A DNA stretch of 64,000 nucleotides from Acholeplasmataceae bacterium (GCA_041654955.1 JBAZCK010000001.1:57879-121878); one strand, 5' to 3'. Positions 19,227 to 30,077 are shown, counted from the stretch's first letter. The notes: generated by a model not told the origin, from the letters alone. A program made the numbers and translations.

Positions 19227-20717
19227 ATGGAAAATTATATTAAAATTTATGAAGAAACAAGAAAAAAACTAAAAGCTTATGGCTATATGATGTGGCTGAT
19301 GAGTTGGGATCGTGAAACTGAAGCTCCTAAAGCATCTTTAGCATATAGTGCAAAGCAATTTTCAGTGATTCAAGAAGAATTATATAAAATTGAATCTGAT
19401 CCTGAATACATGGACGCAATTGAAAAATTATATGAGAACATAGAACAACTAGAAGACCCAGATTTTAAAGTAGAAATTAAAAATGCTTATAAAGATTTAA
19501 GAATGATTAAAAAAGTTCCAAAATCAGAATATTTAGCTTATGGATTACTCACTCAAGAAGGTCCACATATTTGGGCTGAAGCTAAAGAAAAAGATGATTT
19601 TGAAATGTTTAGACCAATATTAGAAAAGATTGTTGATTTTAATAAAAAGTTAGTTAAATATTTAGAAACTGACGAGTTAAAAGGATATGATGTACTTCTT
19701 GATATGTATGAAGAAGGTTTTGGTGTTAAAGAATATGATTTATTTTTTAATACAGTAAAAGAAGATTTAGCACCATTTGTTTTAGAAGTTACAAAAGCTA
19801 AACATCGTTTTAGTAGAAAATTAACTAAGGGTATTTTTCCAAAAGATGGTCAAATAAAGTTTTCGAAATATTTAATTGATGTCTTTAATTACGATAAAAA
19901 TAAAGGTGTTTTAAAAGAAAGTGCACATCCATTTACTTCAGGTGTAAGTAGTGTAGATACACGTATTACTACTAGATATCATGAAGATAATCTTGCATCA
20001 AGTATTTTTTCAACGATTCATGAAATGGGTCATGCGATCTACGAACTTCAAAATGATGAAAAATATGATGATACAATGCTTCATGGTGGTACAAGTTTAG
20101 GTATCCATGAGTCAGAATCAAGAATGTATGAAAATATGATTGGTAGATCATATGCGTTTTGGAAAATTCATTATCCAAAACTTGTAGAAATTTTTCCTAA
20201 ACAATTAAAAAATATTAGTTTAGAAGAATTTTATAAGTACATTAATCGTTCAGAGCGTTCTTTAATTAGAATTGAAGCTGATGAGCTTACTTATGCACTT
20301 CATGTGCTTGTTCGTTATGAATTAGAAAAACAATTAATCAGTGGCAAATTGAAAGTTAAGGATCTTCCTAAACGTTGGAATGGCATGATGAGCAAATATG
20401 TTGGTAAAAGACCAACAACAGATAAAGAAGGCGTCTTACAAGATATTCATTGGTCATTTGGTTCATTTGGATATTTCCCAACATATGCATTAGGTTCAGC
20501 TTATGCTGCACAAATATATGATGCAATGAATAAAGAAATCAATATTGAAGAAGCAATATTAAATAACCAAATTCATTTGATTAATGATTGGTTAAAAGAG
20601 CATGTTCATCGTTTTGGGAAATCTAAGACACCAAAAGAAATATTATTAATCGCAACAAAACAAAATTTTGATCCATCATATTATGTAAATTATTTAAAAA
20701 GAAAATTTAGTGAATAA
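19227..20717 (+). CDS. M32 family carboxypeptidase
   Basis: HPF, HEMGH, HESESR, IRIEADE, QDIHW, GYFPTY. Confidence 0.94.
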   Translation: MENYIKIYEETRKKLKAYGYMMWLMSWDRETEAPKASLAYSAKQFSVIQEELYKIESDPEYMDAIEKLYENIEQLEDPDFKVEIKNAYKDLRMIKKVPKSEYLAYGLLTQEGPHIWAEAKEKDDFEMFRPILEKIVDFNKKLVKYLETDELKGYDVLLDMYEEGFGVKEYDLFFNTVKEDLAPFVLEVTKAKHRFSRKLTKGIFPKDGQIKFSKYLIDVFNYDKNKGVLKESAHPFTSGVSSVDTRITTRYHEDNLASSIFSTIHEMGHAIYELQNDEKYDDTMLHGGTSLGIHESESRMYENMIGRSYAFWKIHYPKLVEIFPKQLKNISLEEFYKYINRSERSLIRIEADELTYALHVLVRYELEKQLISGKLKVKDLPKRWNGMMSKYVGKRPTTDKEGVLQDIHWSFGSFGYFPTYALGSAYAAQIYDAMNKEINIEEAILNNQIHLINDWLKEHVHRFGKSKTPKEILLIATKQNFDPSYYVNYLKRKFSE

Positions 20718-20727
20718 GGAAAAATAA

Positions 20728-21948
20728 ATGCAATCCATACGCTCTTTATATCAAGTTGGATACGGACCATCTAGCTCCCATACCATGGGTCCAGCTAAAG
20801 CCTGTAAAATTGTGAAAGAACAATATCCATACATTCAAACATACGACATCACATTATTTAATTCTTTTGCTTTAACAGGTAAAGGTCATTTAACTGAAGA
20901 AGCGATAAAAGATACGTTGTCACCAGCGATGGTGACTTTTTCCTCATCTATAGATCTTAAAAAGCATCCTAATACAATGGTTATTAAAGGTATTTTTGAA
21001 GATAAAGTCATTGTTGAAAAAGAAATGCAAAGTGTTGGTGGTGGACGGATCGTCTTTGTTGGTGAAGATGAAATAGATCCAATGATTTATCCCCATCATA
21101 CGTTGAAAGCTATAAAAAAATATTGTAAAGAAAATCAAATGTCTTTATATGATTATGTTGTCATGGTTGAAGGAGAAGATATTAAACTTTTTTTACAAGA
21201 CATATGGCAACACATGAAGGCTTCTGTAGAACGTGGTATAAACACAAAAGGTGTTTTACCTGGACCACTTAAAATGAAGCGAAAAGCTTATGATTTATAT
21301 CATAATCTAAAGCCTAGTGAGATTCCTGAAATCACTGAAAATAGATTAGTCAGTAGTTATGCATTTGCAGTTAGTGAAGAAAATGCAAGTGGCGGTATCA
21401 TCGTAACAGCTCCGACTTGTGGAGCATGTGGCGTCTTACCTGCCTTACTTTATTATATGCATACTAGACATGAATTTTTAACAGAAGAACGTGTGATCGA
21501 AGCTTTAGGTGTTGCAGGATTATTTGGTAATTTGATCAGATATAATGCATCGATTAGCGGTGCAGTTGCAGGATGTCAAGCAGAAATAGGTTCTGCGTGT
21601 TCCATGGCTGCTGCAGCACATGCAACGTTATTTAAACTCAAGATAGAACAAGTGGAATATGCAGCAGAAATTGCGATGGAACATCATCTAGGATTGACTT
21701 GTGATCCTGTTAATGGATATGTTCAAATTCCATGTATAGAAAGAAATGCAGTTGCAGCACTTCGTGCAATTGATGCATGTGGATTATCTTATTTCTTAAG
21801 TGATTCAAGAAAAATAAGTTTTGATACTGTTATTGAAACAATGTATCAAACTGGCCTTGATATGCATCAGTCTTATAAAGAGACTTCACAAGGTGGTTTA
21901 GCAAAACATTTCAAAGAGGATGATAATGATGACGTTAACTGTTGGTAG
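20728..21948 (+). CDS. L-serine ammonia-lyase, Fe-S dependent, single chain
   Basis: GPSSSHT, APTCGACG, GCQAE, LTCDP...QIPCIERN. Confidence 0.92.
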   Translation: MQSIRSLYQVGYGPSSSHTMGPAKACKIVKEQYPYIQTYDITLFNSFALTGKGHLTEEAIKDTLSPAMVTFSSSIDLKKHPNTMVIKGIFEDKVIVEKEMQSVGGGRIVFVGEDEIDPMIYPHHTLKAIKKYCKENQMSLYDYVVMVEGEDIKLFLQDIWQHMKASVERGINTKGVLPGPLKMKRKAYDLYHNLKPSEIPEITENRLVSSYAFAVSEENASGGIIVTAPTCGACGVLPALLYYMHTRHEFLTEERVIEALGVAGLFGNLIRYNASISGAVAGCQAEIGSACSMAAAAHATLFKLKIEQVEYAAEIAMEHHLGLTCDPVNGYVQIPCIERNAVAALRAIDACGLSYFLSDSRKISFDTVIETMYQTGLDMHQSYKETSQGGLAKHFKEDDNDDVNCW

Positions 21949-23209
21949 TCAATTAATTGGTAAAGTAATAGATGTAGATTATAAAGGACAAGGTGTAATT
22001 AAGCACGAAGGATATGTTATATTTGTGCCAAAATTACTTATTGGTGAACTTGCTAAAGTTGAAATCACCACAATGAAGAAAAGTTTTTGTCAGGCAAAAA
22101 TAATTGAAATTACTCAAAAAAGTGAGCATAGAGTACATGATGAAGTACCATTAGATGCACTTGATTTGTATCATATGTCGCTTGATGAGCAATTAAGATG
22201 GCAAGAGCATATTACTAAAGATACTTTTAAAAAAATAGCAAATCTAGATGTCGATTTAAATGAAACACTACATGATGATAGAGATGTTTATTATAGAAAC
22301 AAATCTGTTTTTCATGTCATGCAACAAAATGTATTAAAATTGGGATTATATGATGAATCTAAACATACACTTGTTGAAGTAGATCATTATATTTTATCAG
22401 ACGAAATAACAAATAAGGTTTTGAAATTTATTTCAGATAAAGCATTTAATATCTCAAGAAATTCTTTAACACATGTTGTTTTTAGAACCAATTTAAATGG
22501 ACAAATTCTTATAACATTCGTCTCTAAAAATGAACTTGTACGTGGTATAGATCAAATTGTAGAAAGTCTAAGTTCAATGGATGAAGTCGTTGGTATCACA
22601 TTAAATATCAATCGTAATCACAAAGTGATTTTAGGTAAAGATAGTAGAATTCTATATGGGGGAAACCTTATTACAGAGCGATTAAACAATTTAGATATAC
22701 CAATAAGCGATCAAGCATTTTTCCAAATTAATTTACCACTTGTCACTAAAGCTTATGATATTATAAAAAAAGATTTAAAGCCTACAGATATCGTACTTGA
22801 TGCATATAGCGGCATAGGTTCAATTGGGTATTATATCTATGATCAAGTTAAAAAGGTTATTATGGTTGAATCGAATGAGCAAAATATTATCTTAGCTGAA
22901 CAAGTCAAAGAAAGATATCAAATCAAGAATGTTGATATAATTCATGAACGCGCTGAAAAATTTTCAACAGATAAAACGATTCATAAAGTGATATGTGATC
23001 CGCCTAGAAATGGATTGATGCCTGAATTTGTGGGAATGCTTCAAAAATTAAAACCGATAAAAATATATTATCTATCTTGTGATGTTAAAACATTAGCAAG
23101 AGATATATCAATCCTTGAAGAATTATATGAAATAGAAAATATATATCCGATAAGAATGTTTTATCATACAACTTCACTTGAAACATTAGTTATTTTAAAG
23201 CGTAAATAA
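21926..23209 (+). CDS. rlmD: 23S rRNA m5U methyltransferase, RlmD/TrmA family
   Basis: TRAM domain, FFQIN, DAYSGIG, DPPR, YLSCD, LE. Start could be 21920, 21926 or 21929. Confidence 0.82.
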   Translation: MMTLTVGSQLIGKVIDVDYKGQGVIKHEGYVIFVPKLLIGELAKVEITTMKKSFCQAKIIEITQKSEHRVHDEVPLDALDLYHMSLDEQLRWQEHITKDTFKKIANLDVDLNETLHDDRDVYYRNKSVFHVMQQNVLKLGLYDESKHTLVEVDHYILSDEITNKVLKFISDKAFNISRNSLTHVVFRTNLNGQILITFVSKNELVRGIDQIVESLSSMDEVVGITLNINRNHKVILGKDSRILYGGNLITERLNNLDIPISDQAFFQINLPLVTKAYDIIKKDLKPTDIVLDAYSGIGSIGYYIYDQVKKVIMVESNEQNIILAEQVKERYQIKNVDIIHERAEKFSTDKTIHKVICDPPRNGLMPEFVGMLQKLKPIKIYYLSCDVKTLARDISILEELYEIENIYPIRMFYHTTSLETLVILKRK

Positions 23210-23228
23210 AAATAGAAGCAAACCTCAA

Positions 23229-23846
23229 TTAGGTTTGCTTCTTGTATTTTATAAACATATTATGCTTTTTTTCATGACCAATAGTTGTTGTTCTTCCATG
23301 TCCTGGATAAAGTTCAGTCTTATCAGGTAATAAATCATACATTTTTTCAATGCTTTTTCTAATCTCACTGAAATCTGAGAAGGGTAAGTCTGTTCGACCA
23401 ATGGTTTCATAAAATAATGTATCTCCAGAAAAACAAATGAGCTCATCCTCATTATAAAGAATTGTTCCACCTTGTGTATGACCAGGTGTTTCATAGACTA
23501 TAAATTGATAATTATCTAAAGATAGAATAAAGCCCTCTTCGATATACTCATCTACAGGAATAATGTGTCCAACACGATTATATATGGAATCTGTCATCCA
23601 GATTTCATCTTTTTTTGGTGCGTAGACTTTCGGATTATATAATGCTTTTAATTTTTTGATACCACCTACATGATCAATATGTCCATGGGTTGCATATATA
23701 GCAATTAAATCTAATTGATTTTCAGATAAAAATTGAGTGATTTCATCACTTTCATAACCTGGATCAATAATGATCGCTTTTTGATTATGATATACGATAT
23801 AACAATTACTTCTATAAGCTCCTAATGTAAAACTTTTAATTTTCAT
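23229..23846 (-). CDS. MBL-fold metallo-hydrolase (glyoxalase II-like)
   Basis: THGHIDH, TPGHT, GDTLF, PGHG. Confidence 0.9.
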   Translation of the reverse strand: MKIKSFTLGAYRSNCYIVYHNQKAIIIDPGYESDEITQFLSENQLDLIAIYATHGHIDHVGGIKKLKALYNPKVYAPKKDEIWMTDSIYNRVGHIIPVDEYIEEGFILSLDNYQFIVYETPGHTQGGTILYNEDELICFSGDTLFYETIGRTDLPFSDFSEIRKSIEKMYDLLPDKTELYPGHGRTTTIGHEKKHNMFIKYKKQT

Positions 23847-23950
23847 ATATATCACCAAAATTAGTATAGCATAAAATATTTTTATTATCATATATCAAGC
23901 AATTTTAGATGAAAACATATATAATAAACGAGGTAAAGGAAGTGACATTT

Positions 23951-24877
23951 ATGAAAATAGCGCAAAGTTATGTTGACCTAGTTGGTCATACACCATTATT
24001 AAGATTAAACAATTATGAAAAACTAGTTGGTGCACACGCAGAAATCGTTGTAAAACTAGAAAATTTAAACCCGATGGCAAGTGTAAAAGATCGATTAGCA
24101 TTTGCATTGATAGATGCCATTGAAAAAAAAGGATTGGTCAAAGAAGATACAGTTTTTGTAGAGCCTACTAGTGGAAACACGGGTATTGGACTCGCATTTA
24201 TATGTGCATCAAAAGGTTATAAATTAATATTAATCATGCCAGAGACAGTAAGCAAGGAACGTGTTCAAATTGTTAAAGCTCTAGGTGCGAAAGTTATTTT
24301 AACAAAACAAGAACTTGGCATGAAAGGTTCTATTGAAAAAGCTAGAGAACTTTTAAATGAGCACAGTAATTATGTTATGCCTCTTCAGTTCGAAAATCTT
24401 GCAAATCCAGAAATTCACAGAAAAACTACAGCTGTTGAAATATTAGATGATACGGATCGTAAATTAGATTATTTTATTGCTGGTGTAGGTACTGGTGGTA
24501 CTATTACTGGAACAGGTGAAGTTTTAAAAGATCAAATTGATCATATTAAAATCATTGCAGTTGAACCGAAGGGATCGCCAATGATTTCTAAAGGTGTTGC
24601 AGGACCACACAAAATCCAAGGGATTGGTGCAGGATTTATACCTAAGGTCCTTAATGTAGATATTATTGATGAAGTTATTACAGTATCAGATGAGGATGCA
24701 ATCAACACAGCTAGATTACTTGCAAAAACAGAAGGTGTATTTGCTGGTGTATCATCTGGGGCTATATTATTTGCGGCTACAGAGATAGCAAAAAGAGAAG
24801 AAAATAAAGGGAAGAGGATTGTTGCGATCGTTTGTGATACAGGTGAACGATATTTATCGACAACATTATATGAGTAA
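23951..24877 (+). CDS. cysK: Cysteine synthase A
   Basis: SVKDR (PLP lysine), [21 protein letters not shown]. Confidence 0.95.
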   Translation: MKIAQSYVDLVGHTPLLRLNNYEKLVGAHAEIVVKLENLNPMASVKDRLAFALIDAIEKKGLVKEDTVFVEPTSGNTGIGLAFICASKGYKLILIMPETVSKERVQIVKALGAKVILTKQELGMKGSIEKARELLNEHSNYVMPLQFENLANPEIHRKTTAVEILDDTDRKLDYFIAGVGTGGTITGTGEVLKDQIDHIKIIAVEPKGSPMISKGVAGPHKIQGIGAGFIPKVLNVDIIDEVITVSDEDAINTARLLAKTEGVFAGVSSGAILFAATEIAKREENKGKRIVAIVCDTGERYLSTTLYE

Positions 24878-24879
24878 TT

Positions 24880-25395
24880 ATGTTCTTTAAATGTACGGTT
24901 AAAGATGTAAATTCTGCTAAAAAATTTGATCCAGCTGCACCGGGGTGTTTTATGTTATTTTTTACATATCCAGGTGTAATAGCTTTAAGAAGACATAGAG
25001 TTGCACATTTCTTTTGGAAAAAGGGGTTAAAAACATTAGCGAGACTTATAAGTTATAGAACAAGAAGAAAAACAGGTATTGATATTCATCCAGGTGCAAC
25101 GATTGGCAAAGGGGTATTCATTGATCATGGTATGGGTGTTGTTATCGGTGAAACTGCTGTGGTAGGAGACAATTGCGTCTTATACCATGGTGTTACTTTA
25201 GGAGCAAACACTTTTGAGAAAGTTGATAGACATCCTAAAATAGGAAATAATGTAATCATTTATGCAAACGCAACGATTATTGGTCCTATTCATATTGGGG
25301 ATCATAGTATTGTTGGAGCACATTCAGTGGTCGTAAAAGATGCGCCAGCACACAGTAAATTAATAGGTATCCCAGCACATAAAAACATGAAATAA
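24880..25395 (+). CDS. cysE: Serine O-acetyltransferase (short EpsC/CysE type)
   Basis: [32 protein letters not shown]; follows cysK. Confidence 0.9.
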   Translation: MFFKCTVKDVNSAKKFDPAAPGCFMLFFTYPGVIALRRHRVAHFFWKKGLKTLARLISYRTRRKTGIDIHPGATIGKGVFIDHGMGVVIGETAVVGDNCVLYHGVTLGANTFEKVDRHPKIGNNVIIYANATIIGPIHIGDHSIVGAHSVVVKDAPAHSKLIGIPAHKNMK

Positions 25396-25418
25396 TCACT
25401 CGAAAGAGTGATTTTTTT
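25394..25418 (+). terminator. Intrinsic terminator after cysE
   Basis: AATCACTC-GAAA-GAGTGATT followed by a T run. Confidence 0.85.
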
Positions 25419-25490
25419 ATAATTGTTTATAATCTTAATTATATCTTTATAAAGCGATTAACTCTTGTTTATTATAAACACCGTTTTTAT

Positions 25491-25505
25491 TTATAATTTT
25501 TATCA
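25491..25505. promoter_or_regulatory. Possible Fur/PerR-family box upstream of the iron operon
   Basis: TTATAATTTTTATCA has 2 mismatches to both TGATAATnATTATCA and TTATAATnATTATAA; the AT-rich context weakens the call. Confidence 0.4.
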
Positions 25506-25573
25506 TTTCTTTTGATTTGTAAGGTGTTCTTGATTAAAATAAGCATGTTAGTATTTCACTTTGGAGGTTTAGC

Positions 25574-25891
25574 ATGTTTGTTGTGACAAAAACATTGTAT
25601 ATAGAAAAAGAGCACACACATAATTTTATAAATAGATTTCAAGTACAAAGTCCTTTATTTTCATTTAAGGGTTTTATTAAGCGCGAAATTTTAATCAATC
25701 GTAAAAATAAAGATCATGACATCATTTTGATTAAAGTCCACTTTGGTGAGATTACAGATTATTATCGTTGGGAAGGTAGTAAAGAGCACATAATGATGCA
25801 TAAACAGCAAAAAAATAGTCCTATTGGACTTTTGCGTATGGAAAAGCAAAATTATGAACTTTTGACAGAAGATACATATGAGGCATTATAA
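25574..25891 (+). CDS. ABM-family heme-degrading monooxygenase, HmoA/IsdG-like
   Basis: 105 aa; RF...GF, WEGSKEHIMMHK resembles the HmoA W-E-x-S-x-x-H-I-x-x-H motif; heads an iron uptake operon. Confidence 0.75.
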   Translation: MFVVTKTLYIEKEHTHNFINRFQVQSPLFSFKGFIKREILINRKNKDHDIILIKVHFGEITDYYRWEGSKEHIMMHKQQKNSPIGLLRMEKQNYELLTEDTYEAL

Positions 25892-26837
25892 AAGATTACT
25901 ACTCATCATTATTTGGATCATTTTAGTTTTATTATCACTAAGAATAGGTGTTCTTGATTTTACTTTTAAAAAACTATTTGAACTAGATCCAGATGCATTA
26001 AACATATTATGGATTTCTAGAATACCAAGAACGATTGCGATCATTATATCTGCTTCAGCAATGAGTATTGCAGGATTAATCATGCAATCGATTAGTAAAA
26101 ATAAATTCATATCACCATCAACTGCTGGGACTACTAATGCTGCAGTTTTAGGTGTTTTAATTGGATATCTAATTCTTGGGGAACAAACAATTTATGTAAG
26201 AACTATATTTGCATTTGTATTTTCATTAGCATTAACAGGTGTTTTTATGATGATGCTAAAGCGTATAAAATTTAAAAATGCGATTTATATTCCCTTGATT
26301 GGTATGATGTATGGAGCTTTAATTTCAGCGGTTGCAACATTTATTGCGCATAGATATCAAGCATTGCAGTTTTTAAACACAATAGGTGTTGGTGGATTTG
26401 CTAATAAAGCAATTGGAACATATGAATTATTATACTTAGTTATACCTGCTGTTGTCTTAGCATTTGTTTATGCAACGAGATTTAGTATTGCTGGGATGGG
26501 TGAAGATTTTTCAAAAAATCTAGGTGTTTCATATCAGTTTGTTGTCATGGTAGGATTAACAATTATTGCGATTATCTCATCATTAACATTTGTGATGGTG
26601 GGCATGCTACCTTTTATCGGATTAGTTGTTCCCAATTTAGTAAGTTATTACTATGGTGATCATGTAAAAAAAACGATATTAGATATTGCACTATTTGGAT
26701 CTGCATTCGTTATGCTCAATGATATTATCTCAAGAGTTATTGTTTATCCATATGAAGTTTCTATTAGTTTTACGATGGGAATCACGGGATCTATTATATT
26801 TATGTGGATTATCTTTAGGAGAGTTCGCCATGCATAA
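25878..26837 (+). CDS. Iron-siderophore ABC permease (FecCD, YclN/FatD-like)
   Basis: SRIPRT, NKFISPSTAG, PFIGLVVPN, YPYE. Confidence 0.9.
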   Translation: MRHYKRLLLIIIWIILVLLSLRIGVLDFTFKKLFELDPDALNILWISRIPRTIAIIISASAMSIAGLIMQSISKNKFISPSTAGTTNAAVLGVLIGYLILGEQTIYVRTIFAFVFSLALTGVFMMMLKRIKFKNAIYIPLIGMMYGALISAVATFIAHRYQALQFLNTIGVGGFANKAIGTYELLYLVIPAVVLAFVYATRFSIAGMGEDFSKNLGVSYQFVVMVGLTIIAIISSLTFVMVGMLPFIGLVVPNLVSYYYGDHVKKTILDIALFGSAFVMLNDIISRVIVYPYEVSISFTMGITGSIIFMWIIFRRVRHA

Positions 26838-27831
26838 GAAGAGAAAATATATGATTATCATGGCAATTTTAGCTTTTCTATCCATCATAGCTTACTTAGC
26901 TTTATGGATGCTAACAACAGATTATAATTTATTTCCAAAAGATCCAATCAAAGCTTTAGCAATGAAGCAAGCTATATTTAATATTATCGAAAGAAGATCT
27001 TATCAAGTGGTTGCGATGATTGTTGCTGCAATCTTGATTTCTACAACAACACTTGTTTTTCAAACATTAACAAGTAATCGTATTCTTACACCTAGTTTAA
27101 TTGGGTTTGATGCAATCTTTGTAACATCACAAACTGCAATTGTCTTTTTCTTAAGCGAACAAAGCTTATTTTATTCAAATCCATATTTAAATTTTTTAAT
27201 TACCGCATCGTTGATGCTTGTCATATCATTAATCATGTATCGCTTAATTTTAAGAAGAAATAAAAACAATATCATCTTTTTATTACTTTTCGGTATGATC
27301 TTATCAACGTTTTCGAGAAATTTCGCTAACTTTTTGCAAACGATTATGGATCCTAACCAATTTCAAAGTATTGCGATGCAAACAGAAGTTACCATATCAA
27401 ATATGAATACATCAATTATCATCATGGTTGTTCCTATTATGCTTATTGTTTTAGGATTTATGATCAAAGATTTTAAGTATTTAGATATTATGAGTCTTGG
27501 AGAATCTCAAGCTATAGGTTTAGGCGTTGAATATCAGAAAAAGTTAAATGTGAGTTTAATCTATATCGCAATAGCAATGAGTATATCAACAGCACTTATT
27601 GGACCCATATCATTTCTTGGGTTAATTGCTGTAAATGCTGCTAGAGAAATACTAAAAACGTATAAACATATACATTTAATGTTTATGTCGAGTTTAATCG
27701 CAATCATTGCCTTAGTGCTAGGGCAAACGATCATTATAGAAACTGGATATTTAACAACAGTGACTGTATTGATTTCAATGTTTGGTGGATTATATATGAT
27801 ATATCTTGTGTTAAAGGAGAATAAAAAATGA
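26830..27831 (+). CDS. Iron-siderophore ABC permease (FecCD, YclO/FatC-like)
   Basis: FQTLTSNRILTPSLIGFD, GPISFLGL; ATG 26830 preceded by AGGAG. Confidence 0.9.
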   Translation: MHKKRKYMIIMAILAFLSIIAYLALWMLTTDYNLFPKDPIKALAMKQAIFNIIERRSYQVVAMIVAAILISTTTLVFQTLTSNRILTPSLIGFDAIFVTSQTAIVFFLSEQSLFYSNPYLNFLITASLMLVISLIMYRLILRRNKNNIIFLLLFGMILSTFSRNFANFLQTIMDPNQFQSIAMQTEVTISNMNTSIIIMVVPIMLIVLGFMIKDFKYLDIMSLGESQAIGLGVEYQKKLNVSLIYIAIAMSISTALIGPISFLGLIAVNAAREILKTYKHIHLMFMSSLIAIIALVLGQTIIIETGYLTTVTVLISMFGGLYMIYLVLKENKK

Positions 27832-28652
27832 TTGAAATAAAAAATGTATCCCATGCATATGGTGAACTAGAGGTATTAAAAGACGTTAGTTTAAATATAC
27901 CAGATCAAAAGATAACAGCACTTATCGGATCAAATGGTGCAGGTAAATCGACACTTTTAGGCGTGATTGCAAGATTGCTTAGCCATAAAAGTGGAAAAAT
28001 TTATATTGATCAAGATGATATGAGTACCTTAAAACAACAAGATATTGCTAAAAGATTATCCATCTTAAAACAAACCAATCAAATGATGATTCGTATAACC
28101 ATAAAAGAACTAGTTACATTTGGTAGATTTCCACATAGCAAATCAAGACTAAAAGAACATGACATCAAAAAGATTGATGATGCTATTGAATATATGAATT
28201 TAAAAGAGATTGAGCATAAATATTTAGATGAATTATCCGGTGGTCAAAGACAAAGAGCATATATCGCAATGATCTTAGCTCAAGATACGAAGTATATATT
28301 ATTAGATGAACCACTAAATAATTTAGATATGAAATATGCAGTTGAGATGATGGTTATTTTACAAAAGTTAGTCAAAGATTTTAATAAAACGATTGTTGTA
28401 GTTATGCATGATATTAATTTTGCTGCAGCATTTTCAGATCATATTGTAGCGATGAAAGATGGTATGATCACTGATCAAGGAGATGTTAATTATATGATGG
28501 ATAAAGCCATCTTAGACCATGTTTTTGATCATGACTTTTGTATTGCAGGTGTTCAAGGAAGAAAAGTATGTATTTATTATAACCAACAAGATGGTTTAAA
28601 AGACAATGAAAATATAAAACAAACAACTATATTACAAGACTACAGTCTATAA
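27828..28652 (+). CDS. Iron-siderophore ABC ATP-binding protein (YclP-like)
   Basis: GSNGAGKS, FGRFPHS, LSGGQRQR, DEPLNNLD, HDINFA. Confidence 0.92.
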   Translation: MIEIKNVSHAYGELEVLKDVSLNIPDQKITALIGSNGAGKSTLLGVIARLLSHKSGKIYIDQDDMSTLKQQDIAKRLSILKQTNQMMIRITIKELVTFGRFPHSKSRLKEHDIKKIDDAIEYMNLKEIEHKYLDELSGGQRQRAYIAMILAQDTKYILLDEPLNNLDMKYAVEMMVILQKLVKDFNKTIVVVMHDINFAAAFSDHIVAMKDGMITDQGDVNYMMDKAILDHVFDHDFCIAGVQGRKVCIYYNQQDGLKDNENIKQTTILQDYSL

Positions 28653-28670
28653 ACATAAGGAGAAGAAAAA

Positions 28671-29705
28671 ATGAAGAAAATATTAGTTTTTATAAGTATC
28701 TTCTTTATTGCGGCAACATTATCAGCTTGCAATAATGATCAAGATAATAATGGTAACAAAAATTTAGAAAGAGAAGAAGTAAGTATCACACAAACAATAA
28801 CTACTGGTGCGCAAGTGAATGAAACTCAAGATGGTTTTGAAGGTGGACAAAGACAAGAAGTCACACAAACATTCTTATCAAATCCAGAGTCAGTTGCTAT
28901 TTTTAGTTTTGATGTCTTAGACATACTAGATTATGTCGGTATTGATAAAACATCTATAACAATGTTAGGTATTCCTAAAAGTAATCTTCCAGTATATTTA
29001 CCAGATTACAAAGATGACCAATACAAGAATGTTGGAACACTATTTATGCCAGATTTAGATGCGCTTGATTTATTTATGCCTGACTTAATTATTATTGGTG
29101 GTAGATCTGCAAGTTCATATGACTTGCTATCAGAACAATATCCAAATGCTGATATCCTAGATGTATCATTTGTATACGGTGATTATATAGAAGGTCTAGA
29201 ACAAAATGTAGAAAATATTGGAAAAATATTTACAACCATTACAGCAGAGTTAAATGAAGAACTAGATTTAATAAAATCAGAACTAAATGAAGTGAAAGAA
29301 GTTGTAAAAACATATGATGCATTATTTGTTTTAGTTAATGGCGAATCGCTATCATTTTATGGTGCTGAAGGAAGATTTGCAGTTTTATATGATGAATTTG
29401 GATTTATCCCATCAGATGATAAAGATGATACAGGTCAATCACATGGTGAACTAATCGGATATGAGTATATTGCAGCAGTTAATCCAACAGTTATATTTTT
29501 AATGGATAGAGGTGCAGCAATTGGCAATGCATCAGGTGTAGAAAGTGTTTTAGATAACGCATTAATTAAAAACACAACAGCAGGAACAAATGGTGATATT
29601 TATGAACTTTCTGGTATTGCATGGTATATATCTGCAGGTGGTTTTCAATCAACATATATGATGATTTCTGATATCGAAATATTTACCTCATCTATTTCAT
29701 CATAA
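28671..29705 (+). CDS. Siderophore-binding lipoprotein (YclQ/CeuE/FatB-like)
   Basis: Lipobox LSAC, VGTLFMPD, IGGR, GRF, SHG, DRGAAIG, WY. Confidence 0.88.
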   Translation: MKKILVFISIFFIAATLSACNNDQDNNGNKNLEREEVSITQTITTGAQVNETQDGFEGGQRQEVTQTFLSNPESVAIFSFDVLDILDYVGIDKTSITMLGIPKSNLPVYLPDYKDDQYKNVGTLFMPDLDALDLFMPDLIIIGGRSASSYDLLSEQYPNADILDVSFVYGDYIEGLEQNVENIGKIFTTITAELNEELDLIKSELNEVKEVVKTYDALFVLVNGESLSFYGAEGRFAVLYDEFGFIPSDDKDDTGQSHGELIGYEYIAAVNPTVIFLMDRGAAIGNASGVESVLDNALIKNTTAGTNGDIYELSGIAWYISAGGFQSTYMMISDIEIFTSSISS

Positions 29706-29782
29706 ATTCAAAAGATAAGCATAGATTCATTGACAAAACTTAAAAAATTTGATATCATAAATTGAATTTTAGGAGGATGCTT

Positions 29783-30010
29783 ATGATTTGGGTAGATTGG
29801 ATAGCAGTTATCTCATCAGTATTATTAATCATCGCAGTATTATTACAATCATCAGATGATAATATTCAAGATGCATTTAGTGGTGAGAAATCTGAGTTAT
29901 TTAAAAACAAAAAAATACGTGGTATGGAATTATTCCTAACTCGTGCATCAATCGTATTATCAGTAGTTATGATTGTATCAATTGTTTTATCAAATAACAT
30001 TGCAAGATAA
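29783..30010 (+). CDS. secG: Preprotein translocase subunit SecG
   Basis: VLLQS...AFSG...ELF...RG, two TM helices; SD AGGAGG. Confidence 0.88.
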   Translation: MIWVDWIAVISSVLLIIAVLLQSSDDNIQDAFSGEKSELFKNKKIRGMELFLTRASIVLSVVMIVSIVLSNNIAR

Positions 30011-30028
30011 TAAAAAAGAATAATATTT

Positions 30029-30060
30029 AAAAAGTGTTTCTTTTGTGAAACGCTTTTTTT
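30029..30060 (+). terminator. Terminator after secG
   Basis: AAAAGTGTTTC...GAAACGCTTTTTTT. Confidence 0.7.
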
Positions 30061-30077
30061 CGTAATGGAGGAATCCT

